The translations under genes were made by a program, and so were the position numbers. The notes below the pieces were generated by a model. It was not told the origin of the DNA. It saw only the letters and a program-made list of their open reading frames with translations, and made no database searches. DNA of 57,574 bases, the filler included, from Sphacelaria rigidula (taxonomy: Eukaryota): assembly GCA_964200075.2 (NCBI GenBank). It is 5 parts of 5 records of this genome, joined end to end, with 100 filler letters (N's around TTAATTAATTAA, not from the genome) between each part and the next. Parts side by side here need not be neighbours in the genome. Positions count along the whole stretch, not along the records: positions 1 to 11,437 come from CAXNAA020004925.1; positions 11,538 to 22,973 come from CAXNAA020004926.1; 3 more parts are not named here. One strand, 5' to 3'. Below are positions 1 to 13,151 of this stretch, one piece after another. Numbering within the stretch: position 1 is the stretch's first letter; each line of letters starts with the position of its first letter.

Positions 1-590
1 ATGAAGGGTGAGCTGCACCCTGCTAAGCTTGTTCGGCCCAAAGCCTACTGATCATCTTGGATTTGGATGACAGCCTACAATGAATTGCTTTATTCTCTGG
101 TATCACGGTGAGGGGGGGGGAGGTTTCAACGAACCCCGTTCCGGACGAATTTTGATCTCTTGGACACACTCTGATTTTTTCGACGAGATAGAGTCACTTT
201 TCTAGAAAACACGGATCCCTTCTCCTCGAAAAGGGTCCGTAGCAACATTTTTTGGCCGCTTCTTATGGGTTGAGAACGCAAACCGTCGTTTTGGTTTTTT
301 TTCGTCGCTTGACGCCCGAAAATTAGGCAACGTGGATTTTGATACCTCGAGATGACCTGCTATATACTCTTTAAGACAATTCCAGGGCACTTGTCAAAGT
401 ATTGAAAAAATATCATTTGGCACTCTCATGTTTTCCGGTGGCCGCAGTGCTTTCGGCAAGACTCGCAATTCTTCGGACAAACACTCGAAATTTATCAAAA
501 CTTGGACTTATTTCATACGTCTCAGGGCACATGGCATTTTGAGGAGATCAGGCGGGTGGTTATCGAACATGTTTCTCCCTTCTAAAAAAA

Positions 591-957
591 TGTGTGTGTG
601 TATGCTGTGTGTTGTCGTCCCATCTATTCTGGACGCCGATCTCCCCCTTTCGGTATACGTGGGCGCACCAGCCGGGGTCACACAGGAGAAAGGACAACAC
701 AGAAGTTTTTATTTTTAATTTGTTTTTAGTACCCCACCATCCTTTTGCGGTGCTTGCCTTTATTTTTGATGGCGAGAGGGGCTCAGCAGTCCCTTTCCCT
801 CATCGACCGGTCAGTCGAATTTTGTGAACCCGCGACATAGTCGCTCTCCACTGTTGGAGAAGGTGTAGGGAAAAATCCTAGATCGTACCGAGATTCGAAC
901 CCACGACCCAACCGTCAGAAGGTTTCGAGGTTACCAACTGAGCCACCGGGGCGACCG
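591..957 (-). mobile_element. tRNA-derived SINE
   Basis: The minus-strand head GCCCCGGTGGCTCAGTTGGTAA...GTGGGTTCGAATCTCGG carries Pol III A box (TGGCTCAGTTGG) and B box (GGTTCGAATC) but no complete cloverleaf. It is followed by a ~280-nt body and an AC-repeat tail. Confidence 0.75.
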
Positions 958-1794
958 CCAATAAAAAAATCACTTTTGAAAACAGCCAGCCCTGCAACGA
1001 CCTGCTTGGGTCTCATCGATCGAGAAACAGTTTTCGTCCAGATGGAAGCCCAGATCTACGCACAGGTTTGGGAATGCGGCGGTACCGGAAGTGGCCGTTA
1101 GTCCAACATCTCTGTACTCAACTGTACAGACACGACGCAACAAGGCAACACGATACCTACATACTGAGCCCCGAAACCCAATGCAGACACACACCACTCA
1201 CGCGCATTGGCTCTAGCGTCAGCCTCGCTCATCTACACACGACTGTCTTTATTGCACGGAAATTCATCCCGTATTAGAGGAATGGCGGCCGCGTGCGTGT
1301 CGAATTCCGACCGAAAACGTCACGTTGCTGACCGTTTGTTTGCATGTGCTGTGTGCGCATCTCACCCTGATGATCGTTTTTCATCGAATTCTCCACGGAG
1401 TCGAGCAAGGTCACGCACAACGTGCTCAGCAAATGAGCAGCTACAGCTCGAGCTATGTATTTTTGGTGTGTTGGAGCAATGCGTTTCTCAGGTTCACCTT
1501 TGATCGTGTTCGTTTGTATGTCAAGCTTTCTACATGTACCCTTGTCAGCGGGACGCACGTTATGTTCGCCGTTGAGGCGCACACGAAGTCACTTTTAGAA
1601 AAGTGATATTGGGCTACTTCTTGGGGGGGTGGGGGAAGGGCAGTATTGCACTAGCCAATCACAGGCCGTATTCTTCACAAGAGACTGTTTGAAAAGTGAC
1701 AACCATCTTCGATGAGAACTCGCCTTTGTGCGGAATATCGTCTGCACCGGAAAACGCGAGCGCCGGAATTTCCTCGGATAGTGTAGCGAATCTT

Positions 1795-2821
1795 CCAAGG
1801 TTGGGTTCTGTAAGGTACGGTTTTCTGTATACCCGGGGTATTTTTCCGGGTATGTACCGAACCCGACAGTTCTGTGATTGCTGTAAGACTTTCATACCGG
1901 TACTCGACAGTTCTGTAATCTCTGTAAGACTTTCATACCGGTACCCGACAGTTCTGTAGGTTCTGTACGATACATTTACCCGAACCCGAGGGGCGGGTAT
2001 ACCCGAAAAGAGTTACCCGACTGCCGGTCCCGGTTCTCTGTGAGCCTCCCGTGCGGTACCCGACAAGTTCTGTAAACTCTGTGAGACTTCCATACCGGTA
2101 CCCGATACTTCTGTAAGCTCTGCAAGCTTCCTGTACCCTTACCCGGGTTTAGGGCATACCCTTGCAGATATGCCCCGTTGCAGGTAGGAGCACAGGTATA
2201 TACCCTCTCGAAGTATGGATATAGGTTCAATCAAACATAACCTAATGGCCCGAACATGTACCTCCCAGCTCCTACCACGACACCCTGCCCTCTCATTCAT
2301 TTTAGCACCCCAACCAAAAAATCCAAGGTTGGGTTCTGTAAGGTACGGTTTTCTGTATACCCGGGGTATTTTTCCGGGTATGTACCGAACCCGACAGTTC
2401 TGTGATTTCTGTAAGACTTTCATACCCTCACCCGATAGTTCTGTAACTTCTGTACAATACATCTATCCGAACCCGAAGGGCGGGTATACCCGAAAAGAGT
2501 TACCTGATTGCCGTTACCGGTTCTCTGTAAGCCTCCCTTACCGTACACGACGAGTTCTGTAAAGGCTGTAAGACTTTCATACCGGTACCCGACAGTTCTG
2601 TAGGTTCTGTACGATACATTTACCCGAACCCGAGGGGCGGGTATATCCGAAAAGAGTTACCCGACTGCCGGTACCGGTTCTCTGTAAGCCTCCCGTACCG
2701 TACCCGACAAGTTCTGTAAACTCTGTGAGACTTCCATACCGGTACCCGACAGTTCTGTAAACTCTGTACGGAATCTCATACCCTACAGAACGTACCCGTT
2801 CCTTACAGCACACAACCTTGG
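1795..2821. mobile_element. Non-autonomous TIR DNA transposon with internal tandem repeats (composite; second left end at 2323)
   Basis: Left end CCAAGGTTGGGTTCTGTAAGG (1795, repeated at 2323) and right end CCTTACAGCACACAACCTTGG (2801-2821) are imperfect inverted repeats. The interior has many GTACCCGACAGTTCTGTA-type units. Flanks AATCTT and AATCTA resemble a target-site duplication. Confidence 0.7.
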
Positions 2822-3598
2822 AATCTACGATGTGGCAGAATTCGCCTAACCTTATCTCCGGCGAAACGTCGCGGTTGGGTCAAAATGTCCTTTCGGAAAG
2901 ATGCCCCCTCTCAGACCACGAAATGTGGTCTGAGGGGAAAAATGTCTGCAAAAAAAAACTTTTTTTTTTCCACAGCGTTTTTCAGGATCATGAAAAAAAC
3001 AGCTCTAGTGAGCTGCAACGACGCCTTATACGTTCGACCAACCAGCACAGAGATGACGATGCCTCCACTTACACAGCACTTATCGAGAAAAATCTACTTG
3101 CTCTGCATCGCGAGATGCACGCCTACTGTGTCATCACACATGGTCCGAATGCATACACCATTGCCACAAATGAAACAGCCACGGTACTGTACTGTAGGAT
3201 TAAGACTACAATAAACCACGAGCGGCAAACATTGCACAACTCCGGGGTGCAATGGGCACAGACTTGGCCTTGAACGATGGCCGCTAGTCAGCCCTATGGA
3301 TATTTATAATGACAGCAGGAGTATAGCTATCCGCGTTTGAAATACAGGATAGAAAATGACCATCTTGTTTGAACAAAATGGGTACGATATGCCCAGATAT
3401 CCGTTGCCGTGTTTGTGCGCTGTCGCGGGCATCGCTGAGCCGGAAAATTGAATGTAGAATTGGAGGTTATGTATAGGTTTGTTCTAGAATGTATGTGATC
3501 ACAAGCTTCATCGAGGCTTCTCTGTCCATCGTGGCTTGTTTTGGGGGGGGCAGTTGAAAAGTGTGACACTAAGTCGGGTAAAACACTGAAACACTGAC

Positions 3599-3740
3599 CT
3601 TGTGTGCGGGTGTCTCGTAGCCGCGGGACAATCCAAGCATCATGGAGGGCGGATCGAACATCCTCGACAGCTGCCCACAGACCCAGGAGACATATGCCGT
3701 CAGAGGAGGATAGTCTAGGCCCCAGTACTCCAGATCATAT
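3599..3740 (-). CDS. ALG6: ALG6 exon 2 (later exons not found in this scaffold)
   Basis: Acceptor CTGAAG|A, phase 2, matches exon 1. Translates to YDLEYWGLDYPPLTAYVSWVCGQLSRMFDPPSMMLGLSRGYETPAHK, containing the conserved YWGLDYPPLTAY and SRGYE motifs. Donor AAG|GTCAGT. Confidence 0.93.
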
Positions 3741-4038
3741 CTTCAGACGATATATAAAGCGGGGCACGACGAAGCGGTTGCAGTGCACAAGGCAACACGA
3801 AGTGGCGGTCGACGATCTTTGGACGGCAGGCATAACATTTCCACGATTGCCATCTGCTTCACGATTTGAAAACTGTCTACAGTATCTTGTACACATCACT
3901 GTAGTGACCGTACAGTCGGAACATGGCAAGGACCAGGCATCAGCTGTTGCACACATGCCACATATACTGCCTAAGCTCTTCGCCCGGAATGCCGGCACAG
4001 AAGCCCCCCTGATCAGACCGACAGCACCGATTGCATAC

Positions 4039-4247
4039 CTATACCATTGCGACAGCGGCAGTGCCGTAGTGATCTCCATCCAGTGTCGCTGAGCTTCATA
4101 GTCCCCGTACATCGGAGCATCCGTCTGACCCGAGTACGGCCACAGCGACACCATGTATCGTAGTAGTGAAGCACAACATAATACCAGCGATGGATCTACT
4201 GGACGTAGGGTGGGTGCAATATCCCCGAACCGCGGTGGTGCTGACAT
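4039..4247 (-). CDS. ALG6: Dolichyl-P-Glc:Man9GlcNAc2-PP-Dol alpha-1,3-glucosyltransferase (ALG6/ALG8 family), exon 1; start ATG at 4247, alternative ATG at 4364
   Basis: Translates to LLRYMVSLWPYSGQTDAPMYGDYEAQRHWMEITTALPLSQWYR, matching the ALG6 N-terminal signature PM(Y/F)GDYEAQRHWMEIT. Donor AG|GTATGC, phase 2. Confidence 0.92.
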
Positions 4248-5939
4248 AGTTATCACGGGTTGTACTGGGATACTACTGTTGTCCGCGAAACCCTTTGGGA
4301 TCAAATGCTCGTATTTTTTACTGTTCACAAAACTCTTTCTCGGGAATGCTCGACCCGCTGTCATGTTTTCGTGTTGGTCGGCACCTCGTGCCGATGCTAC
4401 AGTCAGTTGTGGCAGGAGGACTCTCGACTTTGGTCCATGGAGTGTATTCCCCACCTTTTCCCCCCGGCGGGGGGGGGGGGGGGGGGGTTCAGGGGGTGAG
4501 AGGGGGGTTGTAATCCGATCTCTGTACAGTTCATGTTTGTACTGTTGTAGCGGTGGTGCATAACAATGAGAACATGAAACAGGCGAGGGTATAACCTCGA
4601 TGCTAGCTCAGGACTGTTTCAACAGTAATAATGGAGCCCCATGCTTGGAGTACACTGCGACGTTCCTGTAAACCAGTACATCCACTTATGAAGGCTGTAC
4701 ACTGAACTATTTATACTGCAGATTGCGTCTGAATTGATGACCCAACATATGCTCTGAAGTCCTCCTTCAAAATTCATTGTCAACATACTCCTCCTGACAT
4801 GGACAGATAGTGCACTAGTTTCTGTTCCGATTATCTCATACTGGAATATATAATCGTCCTGTCAAAGTACTGTATGGAAATGGAAAGAAAATATAAGTAA
4901 GTGGGCTATGACCCACTGTGCCACGGAGTGGGGATTTTTAGAACATGACGACCGCATATAGCAAGCACCGCAGACCGGCTAAAGGTGTACATCACATGAA
5001 TAGCTACCGCCGCAGCACCAGCGGACGGAAAAACGCGAGGAGTGCACAGGGCTATTGCTACAACGTGTAGAACCACTTGAGCAAGTGGAAACGTCTCAAT
5101 ACGTCCGGTGAGTGGCGAGAGCGTTGCCTCCAGCGGCATGTATGTGCTCTACGTGCAGCACTCCCCCCCCGCATACCCCTCACGTGCAGCCAGTGTATTC
5201 GAGTTGCTCTCTGCGGGTTGAAGAAACGGCGGGGCCCCGTGCTTTGTGGTGTGCTTGGCCGATGCTGCGCAATTTTTGGGGACGATCGATGGACGATGCG
5301 TTGAGAACGGCGCGTATTATCTGCCTGGAAGCCCCCAGGATTTTGTTGCATGCTAGAGGACCCTACAAGACGGACAAAAACGAGTCGCCTGTACAGGAGA
5401 AATATGCTCCGTTTGAATTTTTCACACGGAGCGGATTTCGGATTTCCGGCAACCTGATCCCCATCAATCCGCGGCGTGAAAAAAAGTGGCGGATATTCGG
5501 ATATCCGGATATCCATGTATCCGGATGTCCGATTTGAAGACGAATTTCGAGGAAAACGAACGATGGATACTTCTCGACTTTCCCCACATGCATGTTATGC
5601 ATATCTGAGAGAGGTACTGTAGTGGAGCCTTGGATCACGTACCACGAGTCAGATGCGCGAATCACATGAAGATTGGAATGAACAAGGTCATCATCGTTAT
5701 CCCCGCATTGTGCCAGCGATGTGCAACTATAAACGCCTCTTCTATGGCAAACCAATAAAACCGAGTCCGACCACGACATCCAACTTTCGAAAGACCACTC
5801 CCAACCACAGTACAGCACGCGTGTGATGTGCTTCATGACCAGCTGCATGGACACAACTTACTATCTCATGACCGAGCACCGGTGGCGACGACTGTGTCGG
5901 ATTCTTTTCAACTGAGTGCTGATCGAGCAAAGTTCTCGG

Positions 5940-6185
5940 CCGCCTCCCAAGAATCCCTTTCGAAACATCGGCATCTCAAGCCGTTCCGACTCGAGTCTGA
6001 TTCTCCGTTGCGTCAAGATATGCCCACTCTGAGAGGATGCTCGTTCTGAGGGACCTGACGATGCTGGAACAGCCGGGGCGTTCCGAGCGACATGCGCAAT
6101 GAATGGGTACTCATGCGCAAGCAGCGCCCACCACTTGAGCGGGTTCTCGTTGATGGCCAAAGCAGGTTCCATCGCAATGTCCCCC
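5940..6185 (-). pseudogene. hAT transposase remnant (C-terminal dimerisation domain)
   Basis: Part of ORF 5861-6277: NPLKWWALLAHEYPFIAHVARNAPAVPASSGPSERASSQSGHILTQRRIRLESERLE fits the hATC pattern PLxWW..YP..AR...VPASS..SER.FS..G...R.RL. CGGATATCCG/CGGAGCGG subterminal-like repeats lie at ~5490-5532 and ~6243-6275. Confidence 0.85.
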
Positions 6186-6319
6186 CCCCAAAAAAAATCC
6201 GTGTCTTTTTTTTCAAACGAAGGGATTAGGATTGGACTCAAACGGAGCGGATATCCGGAGTGGACGGAGCGGAGCACATCTCAACGATACAGGCTGGTTC
6301 AGCCTTGAAACGGGTTTAA

Positions 6320-6421
6320 CTCTTTGACAGCGAGGGCAGGTCAACTGCTCAATCGGCATCAATATTCACTTGAAAAAAGTATGCAAGATCCAGATGGACA
6401 ACCCGCATCGCGGTCTAACGG
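6320..6421. mobile_element. piggyBac-like MITE (~100 bp), degraded copy
   Basis: TTAA on the left, TTGA on the right. The body matches the copies at 28171 and 33118. Confidence 0.55.
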
Positions 6422-7189
6422 TTGAGCTCTCGAAGCGATATCTCATCGACATAGACGAGTTGGACCGTGATCCGCATACTATATTCATCGTTTAATCAAG
6501 CGGGAGGTGCCGATTTGGTCAAAGATGTGGGCCAATTTGTTTTCCGTGATTGAGCATCATGTCTAGTAATTTCCATTCCGTACGGAGATAGCGTCCATAC
6601 TGAAATCTGTATGAAACCCCGATCCCTATATGGGGCGGATGACGACGACAATTGGTGTGGACATTCCTTGGGGCACTGGGAGACGATAGATACCATCACC
6701 TTCACCTAATTCGTCATCTATCTCAAGATATGGCGCACATAAGGTTCATAACTAATATCAATATATTACGAGCAGAGGCACCAAGTACACTAAATCTGGA
6801 TACTGCATCTCAGTTGTTGAGAGTGGTGCTTGGCAATTTCGTACGGAGAACTGCAAGTGCTTGATAAAGTAGTAAGTTTTTTCATTTTTTTTAAAGCGAG
6901 TTTTGAGGAGAAAAGTGAACATTGCTCTTGGACCTCGTCTCAGTTAATCAGCTCATTTTTTGGAATTGTGATTCGAAACCTGGCATGGAGAACCACAGAG
7001 GTATTCTGAATAAGAAAAAGGGTCCTTGGATTTTGTTTTGGAGAGGTTCGGGCGTCCTCGTTTAAAAGTGATCGTTCCTATACTAAAACGCCCTAAACCA
7101 GTGAATAAATAAAATAAATACCGAACGGACCCACTTTTTTGGTTAATTAAGACCTAGCGAGGTCCCACATCAAATTTCAATACACAAAC

Positions 7190-8415
7190 ACCGGCCGGCA
7201 TATATCTCCCTATAGAGGCAGATTCACAGAACCCGCATGTGCGATAGAACCAGTTCCACAGCATGTTTGAGCAGACCCGCCGGACTAAAAGAACAAACAC
7301 ACTTATTCTTTAATACACCCGGAACGCTCAAGAGAGACGACTCACCATAATGCGCGCTCAGGACACGGCACGGCACGCACACGCACATCACTATAATCCA
7401 CACACACACACACGTCGACGAACCATCACTAGCAGCCCTTCAACTCATCGTACACGCTTGGCAGGAAGGCAACCCGCCTGCTTTCTTTTGTATATGTACC
7501 AAGGTTGATTGTTTTTGGTATTGTAGATACTCCTCAGACAATCAGTACAGCTCTACCGCAAACATTGTTCGCAATACAGATTAAAACGCATAAGGTGAAT
7601 GCTGTAACAGGTGCGTTACATGCTCCAACACTATAGTTGTGGGGAGGGGGGAGGGATGGGAAGGTTGTCGAAAGCACAACAGCGGGGAACAATGATAGTT
7701 TTGAGCATTCGTTTCATGGCGACACCCCCGTGAACATCTATGTGGACGGGGAAGCTTGTCATGTTCAGGGCTATGACTACAGCACATGCTGCAGTCAGAT
7801 TCAGCACATTGGGTAATCGCGTTGTGTTTCAGGAGGATATGTATTTCAGAAACAACCAATTTGTATACACAGAAGTAGATGGTTAAGCATACTATGGCCT
7901 CGTAGTAGGTACAAGAATGACAGCAGTGCGATTTATTTTATTCTACATCTGCCCAGACGGTGAAGTTTGTTTCGTTCAGGGCTTTGAGAAGAATACACGC
8001 TGCAGTCATCACATACATTACAGCATTCACCGTATGCGTTTTAGTCTGAACTGCGAAAAAGGTCTGCGCTGGAAGTGCTGCACTGACTGTCTGAGGAGTA
8101 TCTAGTAAAACAACTAATCTGCACATACAAAAGCAGGTGGGTTGCCTGCTTGCCAAGCACGTACGATGAGTTGAAGGGCTGCTGGTGATGGCTCGTCTAC
8201 GCGTGTGTGTGGTTTGTAGCGCTGTGCGTGTGCGTGTCGTGCCGTGTGCTGACCGCGCATTGTGGTACATCGTCTCTCTTGAGAGTGGCGGGTGGATTGA
8301 AGAAAAATATGTTCGTTCTTTGACCGGCGGGTCTGCTTCAATGTGCTGCAGAATTGGTTATATCGTACAGGCAGGTTCGGGTATCTGCCTGTACAGGCAG
8401 ATATGCGCCGGCCGC
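7190..8415. mobile_element. Long imperfect inverted repeat (~430-bp arms, ~370-bp spacer); foldback or Mutator-like element
   Basis: 7190-7625 aligns to the reverse complement of ~7995-8415. Shared blocks include CAGCCCTTCAACTCATCGTAC, GCAGACCCGCCGG, CTCAAGAGAGACGA and AGATACTCCTCAGACA. Confidence 0.75.
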
Positions 8416-8486
8416 ACAAACACCAAACATGGGACGGTAAGTGGCCTGCAAATACTGTTCCGAATTTCTACCGATCCGGTTACTAG

Positions 8487-8753
8487 ACGGCCCATTCCCA
8501 TCTCATTTTTTAGAGTTGGCCCCTGAAACTTGGTATGGACAATGAATAGGGCATAAATATCGAACGGAACGCCAGAGTCGAGGATTCTTTTCCCCCATGA
8601 CGAGAGGCCATAATCACTTTTTAGGTCTCAGTGAAATGCCGTTAAATTATGAATAAAGAAACTTTTGGTGTGGTCTTTCATTTTTTATGTCCTGTTCATT
8701 GTCCATACCAGATTCCAGGGACCAGTTCTAAAAATTGAGGCGAGAATGGGTCT
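8487..8753. mobile_element. MITE with ~68-bp imperfect TIRs
   Basis: CCCATTCCCATCTCATTTTTTAGAGTTGGCCCCTGAAACTTGGTATGGACAATGAATAGGGCATAAA is mirrored by TTTATGTCCTGTTCATTGTCCATACCAGATTCCAGGGACCAGTTCTAAAAATTGAGGCGAGAATGGG. Confidence 0.65.
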
Positions 8754-11437
8754 GCAAACTCCAATTCCGCTTCTAGCCCGGCCCAACTCGTACTCGTGTG
8801 CTGCCATACTGTCTGTACTTTTTTTTGAACAATTCATTTTCTCGCCGCTATTTTTTCCATGAATCATGTACATGGATCATTCCACATTTTTCACAATTTT
8901 TGCCGAGTTTTCTCTGGCAGCAAGGCATTTTATGCCGCGCTATCTTTTGCAGCGCACGAAGAAGGCGCAGCGGTACATTGCCGTTCAGGTTTGGGTGTCA
9001 TCTGATACCTGTGGCGCGTGTCCTGGCCACCGAAAGTTGCCCAAACTGGCTCTTTTTCGCGGGGTGTCGACCCCGAACCACAAAATCCTTTTCAAGGTCG
9101 GGGAAACCTTCAAACAGGAACCCGAGCCACACAAGACTGTTCGTGGCAGGGGATTTTTTCACCGTGGTTTTATTTGCGTTCTCGTTGATTTGGGAGCACG
9201 AAAGACAGCGATTATGCAGCGAATGTCGCGAGAACATGAGAGCAAAGCAGTTGAAAACAGTTGACCACTGCCTTCGCCTTCGTCATCAGCAAGCAGGAGT
9301 CGAATGGTCTGAAATCCCTTCTTACTCCATTGTGACGAGAAGCCTCTAACACCGTCATATCTGCGTAATGTGGATCCTAGTTATGCGAATCCAACATTCT
9401 ACAGAGGCATGTTGAAGATCACGGGAGAGATTAGTATAAGAGGAAGGTGTCACGGTCATAGCTGCAGCAGGGGAAGTCGCTGATGGCACGGTCCGTATTG
9501 ATACAGTGGATACCCACGGTGCGTGGGATTTTTTTTTTCGACACCCTGCTGTCTGATGACGGCTATAGTGGGTACAGTGACAGTTGAGCACGCAGGCTGT
9601 GACGGATCCTGCCGGCGTCATCATCAATCTTCGCCCGGTTATGGATGAACGCTCGATGAAACCCAACAAACAAGCATCGTTCATGGTCCGCTATATATGT
9701 GAGGGTTGGGAGCTGAACATTTCTGCTTCAAAAATCTCGACAGTCGAAGGTTAAGCTTCTGTCGCGCGACCAGTGGGTAGTGCCACGGACCCTTGCCGGC
9801 GTACCTGGCACTGGGGGCGACATCCCGGTGCAGACAGTCCCATCACTACCGGGACGACCGTGCAAGCAGGCCGGCAGCCGGGATGGCCGTTCTATTGGTG
9901 TTCTTCTAACGTTATCAACCTAGAGTACGGCCGCACAGGCGTTTCACGTGAATGTTTCGGTGATTGCCTCACTTCCACTTCGGCCATGTGCTGTGGGTTA
10001 TTTCACGATCTCACCGCTTAATATGTGTGGAAATGTCTTACACCCTGAACAAAGCTTTCTACAGTCAGTACACAGTATACAGCATACATTTGAAAAGAAT
10101 GTACTGTGCACAGTATGGGAACTATTGCCTACTGCGACGTGCGCAATACTCGTAGTGGGAAAGGCACGCAGTATCACTTCAAGACAGTGTAGAAATCTCC
10201 CCGTTGCATGAATTGTTACAGCCGGCCTGCGCGCCATAGCGGCTGTGTTACCATACAGCTCCGCTCAAGATACAGGCAGGAATTATAGCCGTAGATGCGA
10301 CCTATTACTCTTGCGTGCACCACAGGGCAAATGCACGGTTAGCGGCAACACCGACCGCTGTACTAGACGTGGCGGAGCGAGGGGTGGTAAACTACGTACA
10401 CACAGACAACAAGCAGTATCAAACATGAAACTGTATACAAGTGTGATTTAGACCCCGTGCGCGCGGGGTGGAGCCAGCATGTAGAGAACCCTGCACAAAT
10501 TCGCCGTGTACTGTCGAGACGCGAATTTTTTTCAGTAGCAATAATTTGCGATGTGTGCTGTGACGGGTCTCGTGGGTGATGGTGCTTTTCCCACCTCCGC
10601 ACACCGCCCGTGAAGCGAGCTTTTCACGCTGGAAGTGCACACCCCTCTTCCCGTGATGATCTCCACTCTTGGTCTGAGACAATTAAAACTGCGGAAATTG
10701 ACAGTAGCTACTGGAAGGTATATATTCTCCCACACAAATGCCTCCATATTATGGAAAAGGAATGACAATGTTTTCGACTTGCGTCACCCCCGAGAGGCCA
10801 GTGCCAACCTCCCGAAAGGCAACCTTGCATATATGTACATGTGAGCAATGCAGTTGAAAACAATTGAACGTTGCCTCGGCCTTAGTCAGCAGTAAACACC
10901 AGACCGTGCGGGGAGCCTTTGACGAGTTGAACAAGGCACACACGTGGGCAAACGTCCTCACTGATGGTCACCTGTTTTGACCAGCAAAAGGGGGTGCCGA
11001 AATCCCTGTGATCATGCAACCCGTAGGATGCACCTGTGAAGTACAGACGCAGGGATATCCTTGTGACAGGTTTGACAGGTTTGTCCCTGTGTGACAGGGA
11101 GAATCATACGAGTACACACCTCATGTATCTTTCGACGGCTTAGTACTGTATTTTCAGTACAAGTCAAGCGTTACTTTGCTTGTGGATTTCTCCGCCGTGT
11201 CTGAACGAACTAGCCTGAAAATTGGCACAGAGGGGAACCACAACACAGGCAGCATATTCCCGGATCGGCGGCGCGTTTCACGTGGTGCGCCATTCGCACG
11301 AAGTGAGCACGGATTTTGGGCAATGCCGTCGATACGCCCTCAAAACGAACCCCCCTCGGCCCAGACTGTGAGAGACGTCAGTGAATGCATATATAGACAC
11401 GCAGATGCGCTCACTTCCACATCATGACCTGCTGGGT

Positions 11438-11537
11438 NNNNNNNNNNNNNNNNNNNNNNNNNNNNNNNNNNNNNNNNNNNNTTAATTAATTAANNNNNNN
11501 NNNNNNNNNNNNNNNNNNNNNNNNNNNNNNNNNNNNN
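11438..11537. other. Artificial scaffold spacer N44-TTAATTAATTAA-N44
   Basis: Exactly 100 nt. The central 12-mer gives stops in all six frames. Confidence 0.98.
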
Positions 11538-11605
<68 letters not shown>

Positions 11606-11606
11606 C
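11538..11606. repeat. (AAC)n microsatellite at scaffold end
   Basis: About 23 perfect AAC units. Confidence 0.97.
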
Positions 11607-12305
11607 TACGTGGCTTTACATCTTATCCTTAGCGGGAGATAAAAAAAAAGGGGGAATGGTCGAAATAGGAGGATAGTCGAGTACTATTTTGGAGACAAGT
11701 AGGAAAGATGGGCACCGATCTTTTTGCGCTCGTGCATGTGTCACCACAACAGTAGACATACTGTGATAGCCGCCTACCCCAACGTGTTCATGTTGGCGCT
11801 GTTTCTTGATGCAAGATCCGAACGATCCTGGATTCGCTATTTTCAGATAGTACACACAACAAGATTACAACGAAGCGTTAAAGTGGCAAACGTTCTTCCT
11901 TTTCCGGGTACAGGACAAGATTGGTCAACGTAGTTCCAAGATGGCTTCCAGGAGCTTGCATCACATATCGTGACTATCGGGTAAGTAATCATGTGGGTTA
12001 TGCGGCGTCGTACGATTTCACCATCATGAGGCGGGTTGTACAGGGGAAATACGGTTCAGCAACGTGTGTCAGTGACCCCACGTGTAGGAATGGCGATTAT
12101 TCATGGTGCTGTTGTGCGGAATATCTTCCGCGATGTTGATGTTCTTGCATTTTCTGTATCGCTCGAAATCTCGTATTTCTTTGACCATGTTGTGATGCAG
12201 GTTAGTCAATTTGCCGGACGGTATACTTGGGCAATAGAAGTACTGGTGAAGAACAAAGGAGCGCCGTTGTTTGAGTCGGATTGAACCGAAGACTCTCACA
12301 TCAAG

Positions 12306-12554
12306 AGTCATCCTACGATAGGCGGGGGGGGGTATTGGATTGCACGAAAAAAGAGGCTCAAAAGTATGTCAGACGATCTGCCACACTCGCGGTGCCCTTG
12401 TATTTGGTTCAAAACGGTGTCCATCGGTATTATTGGGCGCTATATATCAATGAGAAGCTTGCTTGAGCAACCGTTGCTCGTTCGAACGACGATTTGACTC
12501 GGAATTTCGTGCAAGACGTGGCCCAAAATACTTCCCCCCTATCGTAGGATGATT
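12306..12554. mobile_element. MITE of the AGTCATCCTACGATAGGG family (~250 bp)
   Basis: TIRs AGTCATCCTACGATAGG and CCTATCGTAGGATGATT. The body is homologous to 18591-18842. The TSD is not preserved. Confidence 0.8.
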
Positions 12555-13151
12555 CTTAAACGGAACGAATTGCCCGTGGCGGACCGTGAAAAAGACGAAT
12601 TCAAATACGCAGAATCTCAGTTGGTACGGTAACCTTTCCGCCGATCACCTGAGGCACAGTACGTTTGTCGTATTACAAGGGCAGGTACGTTCTCCAACTT
12701 GCTTTCTTTCCGCGGCGCACATGAGTTGGCACCCCGCGGCGAGTCTGTTGGGTGATACATCCCTGTGGGTCCCTATCAAATTCAGTTTCCAGCTATACGT
12801 AAGCGGCCCGAACATATCCATTTTGCGAAAAAAGGAACGATTATCGATGCATGGTCAATCGACGAGAAATCACGTCGCCCTCCCATGCTTTCGGAATGCC
12901 ACCGCGGGTACGCTTAGCTTTGCCTCCCAGCGTTTCCCATGGGTTTATATCAACTTTCGATAGAGTGGCGAAAGAAGCCTTTCCTGTTGAGAACAAATTG
13001 ATGCGATGATATCGATGTTTGCCGCAATGCAATACCCAGCCACGATATACCGATTTGTTAGCTAGGCGCAAACTTTGAAACTGCAATAGGGTTGGTATGG
13101 CAATGGATCCTAATCCCAATCTATCCGTATAAGCATGACATACTCATTTAC

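Noticed and set aside
885-957. Functional tRNA gene
   Set aside because: A and B boxes are present, but the acceptor stem and D/anticodon arms do not form properly and a SINE-like body follows.
970-1197. Possible further ALG6 exon (NGHFRY in one frame)
   Set aside because: It does not match the DHGHFQYN context, lacks the flanking transmembrane segments and runs into a stop.
1659-2813. Repeated ORFs such as RLGSVRYGFLYTRGIFPGMYRTRQFCD
   Set aside because: They arise from duplicated non-coding TE termini.
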